A stretch of 64,000 bases of DNA, taken from Candidatus Obscuribacterales bacterium (GTDB lineage: Bacteria > Cyanobacteriota > Vampirovibrionia > Obscuribacterales > Obscuribacteraceae). A model generated the notes under the pieces. The model did not search any database. It was not told the DNA's origin and worked only from the letters and a program-made list of their open reading frames with translations. Below, one piece after another: positions 10,734 through 21,285 of the stretch (position 1 is its first letter; each line of letters begins with the position of its first letter). The DNA lies in assembly GCA_965228855.1 (NCBI GenBank), contig CBDDIJ010000005.1:1472001-1536000 (forward strand), written 5' to 3'. Position numbers and translations under genes: made by a program.

Positions 10734-11798
10734 TTAGTCGTCGATGTACTCTCGCAGACGGCGACTGCGATTCGGATGTCTGAGTTTTCTAAGCGCCTTC
10801 GCTTCAATTTGACGAATCCGCTCTCTCGTGACGCCGAACAGCTGCCCGACTTCCTCGAGTGTGCGGGTTCTTCCATCGTCGAGTCCGAAGCGTAAACGCA
10901 ATACATCTCGCTCACGGGGCGATAATCCAGCCATGACTTCGATGATGTCTTCGCGCAAAAGATCTTGCGTTACACTGCTGGCAGGCGTCTCGGCTTCTTT
11001 GTCTTCGATGAAATCACCGAGCTTGCTGTCCTCTTCTTTGCCTATTGGCGTTTCTAAGGAAACCGGCTCCTGCGCGACCTTGACGATCTCACGCAGTTTG
11101 CTCACCGTGATCTCCATCGCTGCGGCAATCTCTTCCTCTGTTGGCTTACGACTCAGGTCCTGAGCAAGTTTTCGCGTTATCTTCTTGAGCTTGTTGATGG
11201 TCTCAACCATATGGACCGGAATACGAATTGTTCGCGCCTGGTCCGCAATTGCTCTGGTAATAGCCTGACGAATCCACCAGGTAGCGTAAGTGGAGAATTT
11301 GTAGCCGCGCTCGTAGTCGAATTTTTCAGCAGCCCGGATCAAGCCGAGGTTGCCTTCCTGAATCAGATCGAGGAACAGCATGCCGCGCCCAACGTACTTC
11401 TTCGCGATCGAAACGACCAGTCGCAAGTTGGCTTGGACCAGCTTTCTCTTCGCGATAGCGCCTTCGGAACCGCCTGATTCAATCCGGCGTGCCAGTTCAA
11501 TTTCCTGATCGGCTGTCAGCAACGGAATGCGACCGATTTCGCGAAGATACATTCTAACCGGATCGTCTGACGACAAGCCCTTCGACGCTGCTTCCTCGAA
11601 GTGTTCCGGGTCGCTATTATCGGTTTCATCAACCTCGTTGCGAATGGAAACGTCATCAGGCGTATCCATTTCATCGTCGCCTGAATCCAGAAGCTCATCC
11701 AGACCGGAGCGCTGCCGCTCTTTGCCCTGCTCCTCCAGCTTATCCAGCCGTTTTATAAAGCTTTCTTCTTTGTCCTTGGTACTCTTGCCTTTGGTCAC
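10734..11798 (-). CDS. rpoD: Primary RNA polymerase sigma factor (SigA/RpoD)
   Basis: [77 protein letters not shown]; follows dnaG. Confidence 0.97.
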   Translation of the reverse strand: MTKGKSTKDKEESFIKRLDKLEEQGKERQRSGLDELLDSGDDEMDTPDDVSIRNEVDETDNSDPEHFEEAASKGLSSDDPVRMYLREIGRIPLLTADQEIELARRIESGGSEGAIAKRKLVQANLRLVVSIAKKYVGRGMLFLDLIQEGNLGLIRAAEKFDYERGYKFSTYATWWIRQAITRAIADQARTIRIPVHMVETINKLKKITRKLAQDLSRKPTEEEIAAAMEITVSKLREIVKVAQEPVSLETPIGKEEDSKLGDFIEDKEAETPASSVTQDLLREDIIEVMAGLSPRERDVLRLRFGLDDGRTRTLEEVGQLFGVTRERIRQIEAKALRKLRHPNRSRRLREYIDD

Positions 11799-11841
11799 AC
11801 CCTGGTCTCCAGAAGTATTTTCAGATTGTCACGCGTGCAGG

Positions 11842-13890
11842 TTAGAGATTGAACTCGACTTCGATTTGTTCGATTCTGCGTTTTAGCCCGTCCAATTCTT
11901 CGTCGGTCTTCGCTGAAACTAATTCTACCTTGATTAGCTGATTAAGCTCCTTAATACGCGTCATGATTTGCGTAGCCATCGCACTATCGTTAGACATACC
12001 CAACATCTGCGTTAATCTACTTAAGCAATTCTTCGCCAATGAAAGCAGGATGCGGCTTTTATAGTCACTAATCACCACCCGCACGGGTAGATTCTGCTTC
12101 CGAATCTGCTCAACTATTAATATTATTTCGGTGAGCGGTCCCCTCAATTCCTCCAACCCGGCCAGACGGTCCATCAGTTGATACTGAAGGTCGTCCATAG
12201 TGTTGAACTGCGTGCCGATTCCCTCCAGAGCCACCTTGATCTCTTGATGCTCGGGCGTCAGTAGTTGCCAGTCAGCAAGGGAGTTGGACACGATCTCAAG
12301 GTCGTCACGCGAGACCAGATAAAGCGCGAGTAGCTGCCGTTCCGCATTAGTTAAACCAACTGTGGCTATCTCTCTATGCTTGCGAGTTAGCGGTGCGCCC
12401 TCGTCCTCTTCCTTCTTCTGGAATTTGCCTTTGCCTTTGCCTTGAAACTTATTGCCGCCACCGCCGCCTTTTCCGCCTCCACCACCGCCGTTTTTACCCT
12501 GCCAACCGCTGCCGTTCTGCGGTTGAAACGGCGAGGCGCCCTTGGACGGCGCGTCTAAACGATTATCAGTACGATACTGCCTTACATCGACGAGAAGTTC
12601 TTCTTCTCGAATGTTCAAAAGCGATGCGCATTGACGCACGTACTCGACTCGAGCAGCAGCCGTTTTAATTTTACCGACAACGGCTATAACCCGCCTGGAC
12701 GCTTCGATACGACCGCTGTGGCTTTTCAAATCGATGCCGTTGATCGATTCTTCAATTTGCCAGTCGGTTATGTGCGGCGCCGTTTCCAGCGCTTTTTGAA
12801 ACCCTTCCACGCCGGCGGACGGTTCAGTGGAACGCAAACACTCGTCAGGGTCCTTGCCTCCCGGGATTCGAATGATGCGCAATTCGATACCAATGCCCTC
12901 GGCAATCTGAGACAGCGTTTCCACGCCACGTTCAATCGCCTTCTGCCCCGCAGCATCGGAATCGAACGAGAGATAGACGCGCTTGCTATCCGTGTATCGG
13001 ATCAATCGCTTCGCTTGAGCCTCAGTCATCGCCGTCCCAAGAGTGGCTACCGTGTTAGTGAAACCAAACTGGTGCGGTGTGATTGCGTCGAAATATCCTT
13101 CGACAACAATCACGGCATCATTCTTCTTGATCGAGTCCTTAGCCAGGTTTAGCGCATAAAGATGCTCACCTTTCTTGTAAATTGGACTTTCCGGCGAGTT
13201 GATGTATTTGACCTGGTCATCCCCCAAAGTCCGGCCACCAAAAGCGATTACACGACCTTCAACATCGCAGATCGGGACCATGAGTCGATGCCGAAACAAA
13301 TCGTAGTGCGAACCGCCACCTTGCTTTTCCCGCACCAGACCTGCCTCTGCAAGCAAGTGAGTGGAGACGTTCATGCTTCGAGTGAGATAAGTAAGCAGCC
13401 CATCCCATGCGTTAGGCGCATAACCCATGCGGAACTTCTCGATCGTCGCGGCATCCATCCCACGCTTTTTCAGGTACTCGCGACCGATGTATCCTTCTTC
13501 CGGATGCGCGAGGAGACTCTGAAAGTACTGACAAGACTCTTCGTAGAGCTTGTACATCATCGACTTCCTGTCGTGCTCCTGCCGATCCTCAACGGTCTCT
13601 ACGAGCGCAACTCCGTACCTGTCAGCAAGATCGCGCACCGAATCAATGAAACTGGCGCTTTTAATCTTTTGAATGAATGCGAAAACATCCCCGCCTTCAT
13701 TGCAGCCGTAGCACTTGAAAATTCCCTTCTCCGGCGTCACGTTGAACGACGGAGTCTTTTCTTTGTGAAACGGACAGAGCCCCTTGTACGAATTTCCAGC
13801 GCGCTTGAGAACCACGAATTCGGCAATCACATCTACGATGTTTGCTCGCGAACGAACCTCAGCGAGAACTTCCTTGGTTACAGCAGACAC
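11842..13890 (-). CDS. dnaG: DNA primase
   Basis: CHC2 zinc finger CPFHKEKTPSF..CYGC, FGGR..KYINSPES, TOPRIM VEGYFD and FDSDAAG. Confidence 0.97.
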   Translation of the reverse strand: MSAVTKEVLAEVRSRANIVDVIAEFVVLKRAGNSYKGLCPFHKEKTPSFNVTPEKGIFKCYGCNEGGDVFAFIQKIKSASFIDSVRDLADRYGVALVETVEDRQEHDRKSMMYKLYEESCQYFQSLLAHPEEGYIGREYLKKRGMDAATIEKFRMGYAPNAWDGLLTYLTRSMNVSTHLLAEAGLVREKQGGGSHYDLFRHRLMVPICDVEGRVIAFGGRTLGDDQVKYINSPESPIYKKGEHLYALNLAKDSIKKNDAVIVVEGYFDAITPHQFGFTNTVATLGTAMTEAQAKRLIRYTDSKRVYLSFDSDAAGQKAIERGVETLSQIAEGIGIELRIIRIPGGKDPDECLRSTEPSAGVEGFQKALETAPHITDWQIEESINGIDLKSHSGRIEASRRVIAVVGKIKTAAARVEYVRQCASLLNIREEELLVDVRQYRTDNRLDAPSKGASPFQPQNGSGWQGKNGGGGGGKGGGGGNKFQGKGKGKFQKKEEDEGAPLTRKHREIATVGLTNAERQLLALYLVSRDDLEIVSNSLADWQLLTPEHQEIKVALEGIGTQFNTMDDLQYQLMDRLAGLEELRGPLTEIILIVEQIRKQNLPVRVVISDYKSRILLSLAKNCLSRLTQMLGMSNDSAMATQIMTRIKELNQLIKVELVSAKTDEELDGLKRRIEQIEVEFNL

Positions 13891-14177
13891 GGCGGCTCCC
13901 AGATAGCGAAGATATATACACTCTCCCGCCAGGTCCGCGGGCTTCAGGTTTGGATCTTACAACACAATCCAGTCAGGCAGCGGCGCTCGCGCCGAGCCGA
14001 TCTTGCGCGTTTGTGTCGTCAGGCGAAAGTAGCACAGCATTATTAGCAAGTAGTAAATTCTTTCACACATCAAGCATATCTTCTGGGATACTATTCCGAA
14101 TTGCTGGTCCCGCGTTCCTCGCGACCGCCGACCGGCTCGGAAACCGTGTTGGCGTCAGAGAGCAAAGGTAAGTCCTC

Positions 14178-15611
14178 ATGAAAACACTGATTAAAAACGG
14201 ACGAGTCATTACGGCAGTCGACGATTACTACGGCGACATTTTGATCGATGGCGAGACCATCAGCATGATCGGCAAAGAACTCACCATGGAAGTGGACAAA
14301 ACCATCGACGCCAAAGGCAAGCTGGTGATTCCAGGCGGCATCGATGCACACACCCACATGGACATGCCTTTCGGTGGGACGACATCCGCCGACGACTTTC
14401 AAACGGGAACGCTTGCTGCAGCCCACGGTGGCACAACTACTATTGTAGACTTCGCAATTCAGCAGAAGGGCCAATCCATACTAGAGGCGCTCGACATCTG
14501 GCACCAGAAGGCCGCGGATAAAACCGCTATCGATTATTCGTTCCACATGATCGTCACGGATCTGCCCCACGAGCGCACGGGCGAACTTAAGCAGCTGATT
14601 AACAACGAAGGCGTTACCAGTTTCAAACTTTTCATGGCTTATCCCGGAGTGCTCCTGGTGGACGATGCCACGATCTATCGAGCTATGTCGCTCGCCTCCG
14701 ATCACGGAGCCATGGTTTGCATGCACGCTGAAAACGGCGTCGTCATCAACGAAATCATAGATCAAGCACTCAAGGCTGGTAAAACCGCTCCCAAGTATCA
14801 CGCTCTCACTCGTCCAACAAAGGCAGAAGCAGAGGGCGTCTTCCGCGCGATTGCACTTGCCGAAATGGCGGGCTCTCCCGTTTACATCGTCCACTTAAGC
14901 TGCTACGACGCCCTCAAACGAGTTCAGGAGGCGCGAGATCTCGGCGTTCCAGCATTTGCCGAAACATGCCCGCAGTACTTGTTCCTCGACTACACATGCT
15001 ACGAGAAGGAGGGTTTCGAGGGCGCCAAGTACGTCATGACTCCTGCTCTGCGCGACAAATGGAATCAGGATGAACTCTGGACAGGCTTGCGCATGAATGA
15101 TTTGCAAGTGGTTTCAACCGACCATTGTCCCTTCTGTTTCAAAGATCAAAAACAGCTGGGCAAGGATGATTTCAGCAAAATTCCAAACGGCGGACCTGGT
15201 GTTGAAAATCGAATGAGCCTGATCTACAACGGCGGTGTCGTTCAAAATCGAATCAGCATCAATCGTTTCGTAGAAATTACGTCGACGAACCCGGCCAAGC
15301 TATTCGGTTTATTTCCCAAAAAAGGCACGATTGCAGTAGGTTCAGACGCGGACATCGTGATCTTTGATCCGGAGAAGAAGGTTACAATTAGTGCAAAGAC
15401 GCACCATATGAACGTAGACTACAGTTGTTATGAAGGCTTTGAAGTACAGGGTGTTGCTGAAACGGTTTTGTCCCGAGGTAAGGTCGTCGTTGAAAATGGC
15501 AAATACACTGGCAAGGCTGGAGACGGCAGATATATAAAACGCTCTACAATCGACGTAAAGCATGGCCGTCCATCGGAGATAAGGCGGGAGACGGCACTTT
15601 CACGAAGTTAA
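14178..15611 (+). CDS. hydA: Dihydropyrimidinase / D-hydantoinase
   Basis: PGGIDAHTH, SFKLFMAY, HAENG, VHLS, STDHCPF, IPNGGPGVENR. Confidence 0.93.
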   Translation: MKTLIKNGRVITAVDDYYGDILIDGETISMIGKELTMEVDKTIDAKGKLVIPGGIDAHTHMDMPFGGTTSADDFQTGTLAAAHGGTTTIVDFAIQQKGQSILEALDIWHQKAADKTAIDYSFHMIVTDLPHERTGELKQLINNEGVTSFKLFMAYPGVLLVDDATIYRAMSLASDHGAMVCMHAENGVVINEIIDQALKAGKTAPKYHALTRPTKAEAEGVFRAIALAEMAGSPVYIVHLSCYDALKRVQEARDLGVPAFAETCPQYLFLDYTCYEKEGFEGAKYVMTPALRDKWNQDELWTGLRMNDLQVVSTDHCPFCFKDQKQLGKDDFSKIPNGGPGVENRMSLIYNGGVVQNRISINRFVEITSTNPAKLFGLFPKKGTIAVGSDADIVIFDPEKKVTISAKTHHMNVDYSCYEGFEVQGVAETVLSRGKVVVENGKYTGKAGDGRYIKRSTIDVKHGRPSEIRRETALSRS

Positions 15612-15701
15612 TTAAGGGATAAATTGCAATACATCCCGTTTCAAATTAAACGAATCCATAGGACAATCGTAAATTACAACGGAAGCTCTGGAGAATGGCA
15701 G

Positions 15702-16625
15702 ATGGGATACACAACGGAATTCACAAGACCGGTAACCGAAGAACGTAACGACCAAACAATGGATCTCGACTTGCTGAACACATCAGAGCTTGTCGAGCGC
15801 GTTCAAGCGGAGGACCTCATCGTGGCCCAGAAGGTCAAAGAGGTCGTGCCGGATATCGCGAAAGCAGTAGACATCGTTGTTGAGAAACTGAGAGCAGGCG
15901 GACGACTGATTTATTTCGGAGCGGGCACCTCGGGACGCATCGGGGTACTCGATGCGGCAGAATGCCCTCCTACCTTCGGTGCCACCGGCGAGCAAGTGAT
16001 TGCATACATCGCCGGCGGAAAAGAAGCGATGTTCAACGGATTCGAAGACGCTGAAGACGCGACGGAACTCGGCGCCAAAGATGCAGAAGCAGCAAAGGTC
16101 GGTCCCGGTGATGCCGTAATTGGTATCACAGCATCGGGTCGAACACCGTATGTTGTCGGCGCCTTGAACAAAGCTAAAGAGCTGGGTGCTGCGACAATCA
16201 TGCTCGTAAACAATCCAAATCCGGAACTCGCAGCAACCTGCGATATTTCAATTACAGTAATCGTCGGACCGGAAGCTCTGTCGGGCTGCACCCGCATGAA
16301 GGCAGGCACAGCGCAGAAGATGGTCTTGAACCTGATTTCGACATGCTCAATGGTGCGCCTCGGTAAGGTGTATGAAAACTTGATGGTCGACCTGCAGCCT
16401 ACCAATGAAAAGCTGAGAGAGCGTGCTGTTTCCATCATCTCTCTACTTGGTGGCGTGCCGCGTCATCTGGCAGAAGGCGCTCTGGTGGCATCGCACGAGA
16501 AGGCCAAAACAGCCATTCTAATGGTCAAGCGTAAAGTTGGTCGCGTCCAGGCAGAAGAGCTTCTCGATCGCTCCAAAGGCTCGCTTCGCAACGCTCTCAT
16601 CGCGGACGCCGAAGACAGCCAGTAA
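15702..16625 (+). CDS. murQ: N-acetylmuramic acid 6-phosphate etherase
   Basis: TEERN, GAGTSGRIGVLDAAECPPTFG, RMKAGTAQKMVLN, ENLMVDLQPTNEKL; ATG 15702 with GGAG RBS. Confidence 0.95.
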   Translation: MGYTTEFTRPVTEERNDQTMDLDLLNTSELVERVQAEDLIVAQKVKEVVPDIAKAVDIVVEKLRAGGRLIYFGAGTSGRIGVLDAAECPPTFGATGEQVIAYIAGGKEAMFNGFEDAEDATELGAKDAEAAKVGPGDAVIGITASGRTPYVVGALNKAKELGAATIMLVNNPNPELAATCDISITVIVGPEALSGCTRMKAGTAQKMVLNLISTCSMVRLGKVYENLMVDLQPTNEKLRERAVSIISLLGGVPRHLAEGALVASHEKAKTAILMVKRKVGRVQAEELLDRSKGSLRNALIADAEDSQ

Positions 16626-16662
16626 GGAAATTCCCTGAGCGAGTCGGCAAGGCAGTTCGCGA

Positions 16663-17529
16663 GTGAGCGACGACATAAAAATCGGAACTATCCTCGGATC
16701 GAAATTCGAACTCATGTCCGTTTTGGGCAAGGGGAAAAACTGCACTATCTATAAGGGCTACCAGAACTTCTCGAAGAAGACGGTAGCCCTTAAGGTTTTA
16801 AATCTATCAGCGCTCGCCGATATGAATGAACTTCAGCGATTCAAGCATGAGGCGAAAATCGGAGCGGAATTGGCAGCTCACACGGGAATTATAGACATTC
16901 TCGATTTCGGCGCAGCTGCGTCCGCAGGTCAGGTTTACATAGTGATGAACTTGCTCGAAGGCGCGTCGCTCAAAGAAGTACTGGCACAGAAAGGCAGATT
17001 GAATGCGGATCTCGCGTTAGCAGTCTTCAAACAGATTATCGACGCACTTGCATTTGCACACGAAATGAAAATTGTTTATCGCAGTCTTGATCCGAGCGAA
17101 ATCATGCTCACGCCACGGTCCGGGAAGGACGGCGACGGCTACATTGCAACGGTCATCGACTTTGGTTGCGCCATCAAACAAGGCGACAACTTTCAATTCG
17201 CATTACCAGGAAACGAAGTCGGCAAGCCTGGTTACATGAGTCCGGAACAATCCATTGGCGAAGAAGTCGACGCTCGTTCCGACATCTATGCCGTCGGTCG
17301 GATGATGTATGAAACCATCACAGGACAGCTACCAGAGGGTGTCCTGACCTTCGCTTCAGAACTGCAAATTCCGGAGAACGTTCAAACAGCGATTGTTAAA
17401 TCGACCGAACAGGATAAAAATAAACGATTCCAGTCAATGAAAGAATTCGCGCACGCGCTGCAGGGAAGCAGCGGTCAGGGCGACAAAAAGAATGACACCT
17501 GGGGTTGGACAAAGAAATTTTTCAAGTAA
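16663..17529 (+). CDS. Hanks-type Ser/Thr kinase homologue, probable pseudokinase
   Basis: VALK, DFG, YMSPEQ, RSDIYAVG present; catalytic loop reads YRSLDPSE instead of HRDLKPxN. Confidence 0.85.
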   Translation: MSDDIKIGTILGSKFELMSVLGKGKNCTIYKGYQNFSKKTVALKVLNLSALADMNELQRFKHEAKIGAELAAHTGIIDILDFGAAASAGQVYIVMNLLEGASLKEVLAQKGRLNADLALAVFKQIIDALAFAHEMKIVYRSLDPSEIMLTPRSGKDGDGYIATVIDFGCAIKQGDNFQFALPGNEVGKPGYMSPEQSIGEEVDARSDIYAVGRMMYETITGQLPEGVLTFASELQIPENVQTAIVKSTEQDKNKRFQSMKEFAHALQGSSGQGDKKNDTWGWTKKFFK

Positions 17530-17593
17530 ACCCCGCCACTACCCGCGGTGACCGAGTTTATAGCAAACGCCGCTCTAAATGCGGTGACAAACC

Positions 17594-17833
17594 TCACAGC
17601 AAGCGCCGCCGACAGTCCGCGCAGAAGACCTTCAAATTGTTCTGCCGAAAGAACTTCACTTCGTTCCAAGTTCTGGAATAAGCAACATATTGCTTGTCGT
17701 CACTCAGCCCTCTGTAAGCAATGTGAACTTGCCCTGCGCAACAAGTCTCATCCGCCTCGGCTTCTGGAACGGGCGGCAGCGCAGGTTTCTTACCCGAAAG
17801 TTTGTCAACCAGTTGCCGAAATTTCTCCAGCAT
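17594..17833 (-). CDS. Small hypothetical protein, possible Zn-binding (CC...CxxC)
   Basis: 79 aa, AAGGTG just before ATG, fills the intergenic space, ETCC..H and CADC. Confidence 0.65.
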   Translation of the reverse strand: MLEKFRQLVDKLSGKKPALPPVPEAEADETCCAGQVHIAYRGLSDDKQYVAYSRTWNEVKFFRQNNLKVFCADCRRRLL

Positions 17834-17985
17834 TCACCTTACCGCCGATACCACTCAAAGCGTAACACACGCACTTTAGCACTAAAGCCAGTTGCCAACG
17901 AAACGCGACAAAAAGGGCTAAATCGAACCTTTGGCGAACCGCGCTAGCTATTGCGGATTAGAACCGAAAAGCTGACCATACGGCG

Positions 17986-18001
17986 ATGGGAGTCTCCCCA
18001 T
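17986..18001. promoter_or_regulatory. Palindromic operator candidate ATGGG-N6-CCCAT
   Basis: ATGGGAGTCTCCCCAT in a divergent intergenic region; similar sites near 31.3 and 38.2-38.9 kb. Confidence 0.4.
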
Positions 18002-18117
18002 TGTTTGAAGCTGCCCGAGATCATAAAGTTGTCATATAGACCTAGAGGTGTCGTTCGTCACCTCACCTGCCAAATCATACGTAACTAGCTCATAGCCGTT
18101 TCAGCTGGTTGTTTTTA

Positions 18118-20373
18118 ATGACAGAATCCCTCGCCGCCGGCGACCAACATTTCGAATCAAGTATGCCTGTCGACAAACAGGCCGCGCTTAAGGACAACGT
18201 GTGGCTCAGACACGCGATGACCGAGGTTAATCTTACTAGAGCCCAGAAATTTGACAGGGACAACTCCGCCAGCGCCACCGACTTGTTGCTGGAGGCCGGT
18301 CACAGCCTCGTCTATCAAGGCGGGCAAGCTTGGGTCACCAGCCTTGCGCAGCTCGTCGACGACGCGACCGGGAGCGGGACGAAATACGCTGACATGGTTT
18401 CGATTGTGCAGCGACCACAGGAAGCGGAGTACCAATCGAGCCGTTGGTACGCGCAGCAAGTCGGTGCCGGCATCGGCTTCGCCGCGCCCTTTGCACTGGC
18501 GCACGGTGCGCTCAAGTCATCAGGTCTTTCGCTTGCAGCAAGAACGGAACAAACAATCGCATCCACCGGGAGATTATTCTCCTCGGCAAACGGTATCCGT
18601 CTCGCCGATGGAGCAATCACCGGATTCGTCGCAGATTTCGCCCTGCGACCGCTGGACGAGCACGAAGAAAATCACCTGATCGCGCGCACCAAAAATGGTA
18701 TCACCGGTGCCGCTGTACTGTCGACAATGACAGCAGGGTCTCTGGGATTGAGAACGGCGAGTCGCTCATTTGCAGCGGCTCTTGCAGGCGAAGGCGTAAC
18801 CAAACAAACCGGTCGCATGATTTACGACGGAAGCATAGGCGCGTTGTCTGGTATTCCCGGTGGTGCGGCAAGCGCTCATACTCATTCGCTTATAAACGAA
18901 GGACGACTGGCTTCCAGTGAGGAAGTTTCTCAGTCCATCTATGCAACCGCCTGGACCGGTGGAGTTCTCAGCGCCGGTCATGTAATCGGAAGAGATCCCA
19001 AAGTTCTCACACCCGCGGCACCGAAAGAGTTCGAACTGCGGGGCTTGAACAAGTATCGATTCAACAAACGCGAAACTGTTTTGGAAAAAACACTTGGCGC
19101 CATCGGTGATGCCCATGCGAACACAAAGTACGCAGTTCGCGATGGAGTCGAGTCGGCAAGAGGAACGACCTATTCGTTTCTAAACAAGTACGATTTGCGA
19201 CATCCCGTCCAACGGGCTCGCGAATTCCTCCGCACACCGGAGGTCGAGCAACCACGCGCCCCTCTCACGAAGGAGAACAATCCGGTAGAAGCCTTTGAAC
19301 GCGAGTTACCCAGGTACATCAAAGATATCGAAGCGAAAGAAATAGAGATGGAGAGCACGAAGGACCGCGGCGAATCCTATGAGCGCTTCAAAGAGATGCG
19401 AGACATTCGCACAAATTTCGCAGCCAGAATGCTCGACATGTGGAACGGAACCGAAACATCTCCAGGCATCCGCCAGCTCACCGATGCACAGCTAGCGACG
19501 ACGGACGTTCCCGTGCAACGCGTGGCTGAGATTCGAGCAGCATTCACTAAACCGGCTCGCGCAGAGAGTTATAGCAGCACAAGCCCACTCACAGAAGCAT
19601 TGTTGAAACTGTACGGCAAAGAAACCGACGTCGACTATCAACATCTTGATGTTCTAGGAGAAATCGAGTATGCCAAGCAAAAGCACTATGGATTCTCGGT
19701 AGATGAGATGGTCAAACGAATGCAAATGCCCCGAAATCACTCGATCAAAGATCATGAAGGTGACACGCCTGTAGATTGGATGCCTAACAAGAGAACTGCA
19801 GACAATGCAGACTTCTATCATGGAACCGTGTCCGGCAGCCTATCTTCGATCATGGTGGAGAGAACGCTTCTGCCTCCAGGCGAGTTACGCTTGCGCGGCA
19901 TCAAACAAACGACCGGCGAAAGCGCTAATGAAAGCCTGCACAGGAAGAACGTTTCCATAACTCGCGATTTCAACGAAGCATACGCCTATCATCGCCACAG
20001 TCCGGCGAGCCTCACGGATTTCCCTGTCATATACGGCATCTCCCGCGATGTCGCCCCGCGTTCGCGCCTGGCTGGAATGCTAGAACGAGGAGAACTTCTT
20101 GTTCCAAAGCTGGGGCTCGGCGAGAATACCGCAGTCAAACTCGGTTTAAAAACTCAAGACATCACTCACATGTTCGTTCCCGATACGGAAGTACCGACGG
20201 TGCAGCGGATGCTGCGCAATCACGCCATCGGCGGCATCGATGTCGTCGGTTTCGGCAACATGAAAAAGCCTGAGTGGATTCCAGAGGCCGCTCCGGTGTA
20301 CGACGAACACGGCTTTCGGGTAATCGACCAAACAGCGGATAAACTTGGTCAAACACCGGCGCACGCATTCTAA
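18118..20373 (+). CDS. Effector-like protein: Gly/Ala-rich hydrophobic N-terminal half and C-terminal ADP-ribosyltransferase-like domain
   Basis: FYHGT..SLSSI....LLP, VSITRDFNEAYAY, PVIYGI, GELLV pattern; ORF certain, function inferred. Confidence 0.6.
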   Translation: MTESLAAGDQHFESSMPVDKQAALKDNVWLRHAMTEVNLTRAQKFDRDNSASATDLLLEAGHSLVYQGGQAWVTSLAQLVDDATGSGTKYADMVSIVQRPQEAEYQSSRWYAQQVGAGIGFAAPFALAHGALKSSGLSLAARTEQTIASTGRLFSSANGIRLADGAITGFVADFALRPLDEHEENHLIARTKNGITGAAVLSTMTAGSLGLRTASRSFAAALAGEGVTKQTGRMIYDGSIGALSGIPGGAASAHTHSLINEGRLASSEEVSQSIYATAWTGGVLSAGHVIGRDPKVLTPAAPKEFELRGLNKYRFNKRETVLEKTLGAIGDAHANTKYAVRDGVESARGTTYSFLNKYDLRHPVQRAREFLRTPEVEQPRAPLTKENNPVEAFERELPRYIKDIEAKEIEMESTKDRGESYERFKEMRDIRTNFAARMLDMWNGTETSPGIRQLTDAQLATTDVPVQRVAEIRAAFTKPARAESYSSTSPLTEALLKLYGKETDVDYQHLDVLGEIEYAKQKHYGFSVDEMVKRMQMPRNHSIKDHEGDTPVDWMPNKRTADNADFYHGTVSGSLSSIMVERTLLPPGELRLRGIKQTTGESANESLHRKNVSITRDFNEAYAYHRHSPASLTDFPVIYGISRDVAPRSRLAGMLERGELLVPKLGLGENTAVKLGLKTQDITHMFVPDTEVPTVQRMLRNHAIGGIDVVGFGNMKKPEWIPEAAPVYDEHGFRVIDQTADKLGQTPAHAF

Positions 20374-20517
20374 GAAGGTCAGTATAGTCATGTGGGCTTT
20401 TCGAGCTTAGCTCTTACAGGCAACAGTGCTTCTTTACCGCGCTATTTAGTGAAAGAACTGTAAAACGAGATGCGCCATGCCGAATCAACCAGGCGCGGGT
20501 CTCAGGAGGTGGATAGC

Positions 20518-21276
20518 ATGACCACATTTGTAACCCCGAACTCGCACGACCTGGTTATTGCCAGCTCGCCATTAACATCGCCTGACTTGCTACGCGATTA
20601 TGGAGATTCGGAAGACGCTTCCCTTCGCCGGAAAGTCGCTGCCAATGTAGCCGTGCCGCATGACGTTTGCGTGAAACTAGCAAGCGACAAAAGCGTTACC
20701 GTGCGCTGCGAACTGGCTCGCAATCCAAGAGTTCCATACATTGTCTTAAAAGCGATGGCGAGTGACGAGAATTCAGCGGTTCGTTTCGCAGTCGCGGAAT
20801 GCGCATACACCCCAATTCCTTTGCTTCACCGCCTTGAAGTAGATCCTAATTCCAAAGTCCAGGCGCGAGCACGCAAGACACTGATGAACGTCACGAAGTG
20901 GCATGAAGACGAAAGCTCGTACGAAGATTTCGGTCCGGGTTCTCTTCAAGACGCAGAACTATCCCCTAGAGCAAAGTACGAAGAAAGCGCGGAACTAGTG
21001 CTTCACGACGTGCGCACCGAATTCTCGATCTTGAAAGAGCAATTGGAGAGAAGCGCAGCTGAAGCCAAAGAAAACTTGATGAACTCAGACCTATGGGAAG
21101 GCGTCCAGGCGAAGATTGGCAAGCTTGATGATGATCTCAGGAAGCTGAAAGCGTCTTCAGACGATACCTGGGGTGGTGTCAAAGACCACGTAGACAACGC
21201 CCGCACTGAATTGATCGCAGGTTGGAAACATCTGCAAGAATCACTTGAGAAAGCAGCATCTCGATTCAAAAGCTAG
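20518..21276 (+). CDS. LRV/HEAT-like repeat protein fused to an sll1863-like coiled-coil domain
   Basis: Four ~24-aa repeats (VRCELARNPRVP..L..LASD); C-terminal LKASSDDTW..WKHLQESLEKAASRFK; GGAGG RBS before ATG 20518. Confidence 0.7.
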   Translation: MTTFVTPNSHDLVIASSPLTSPDLLRDYGDSEDASLRRKVAANVAVPHDVCVKLASDKSVTVRCELARNPRVPYIVLKAMASDENSAVRFAVAECAYTPIPLLHRLEVDPNSKVQARARKTLMNVTKWHEDESSYEDFGPGSLQDAELSPRAKYEESAELVLHDVRTEFSILKEQLERSAAEAKENLMNSDLWEGVQAKIGKLDDDLRKLKASSDDTWGGVKDHVDNARTELIAGWKHLQESLEKAASRFKS

Positions 21277-21285
21277 CCAAGAAAA

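Noticed and set aside
13162..14046. Long antisense ORFs (also 34631-35455, 50267-50992, 61707-62486, 4242-4979)
   Set aside because: Shadow frames of well-supported opposite-strand genes with no recognisable motifs
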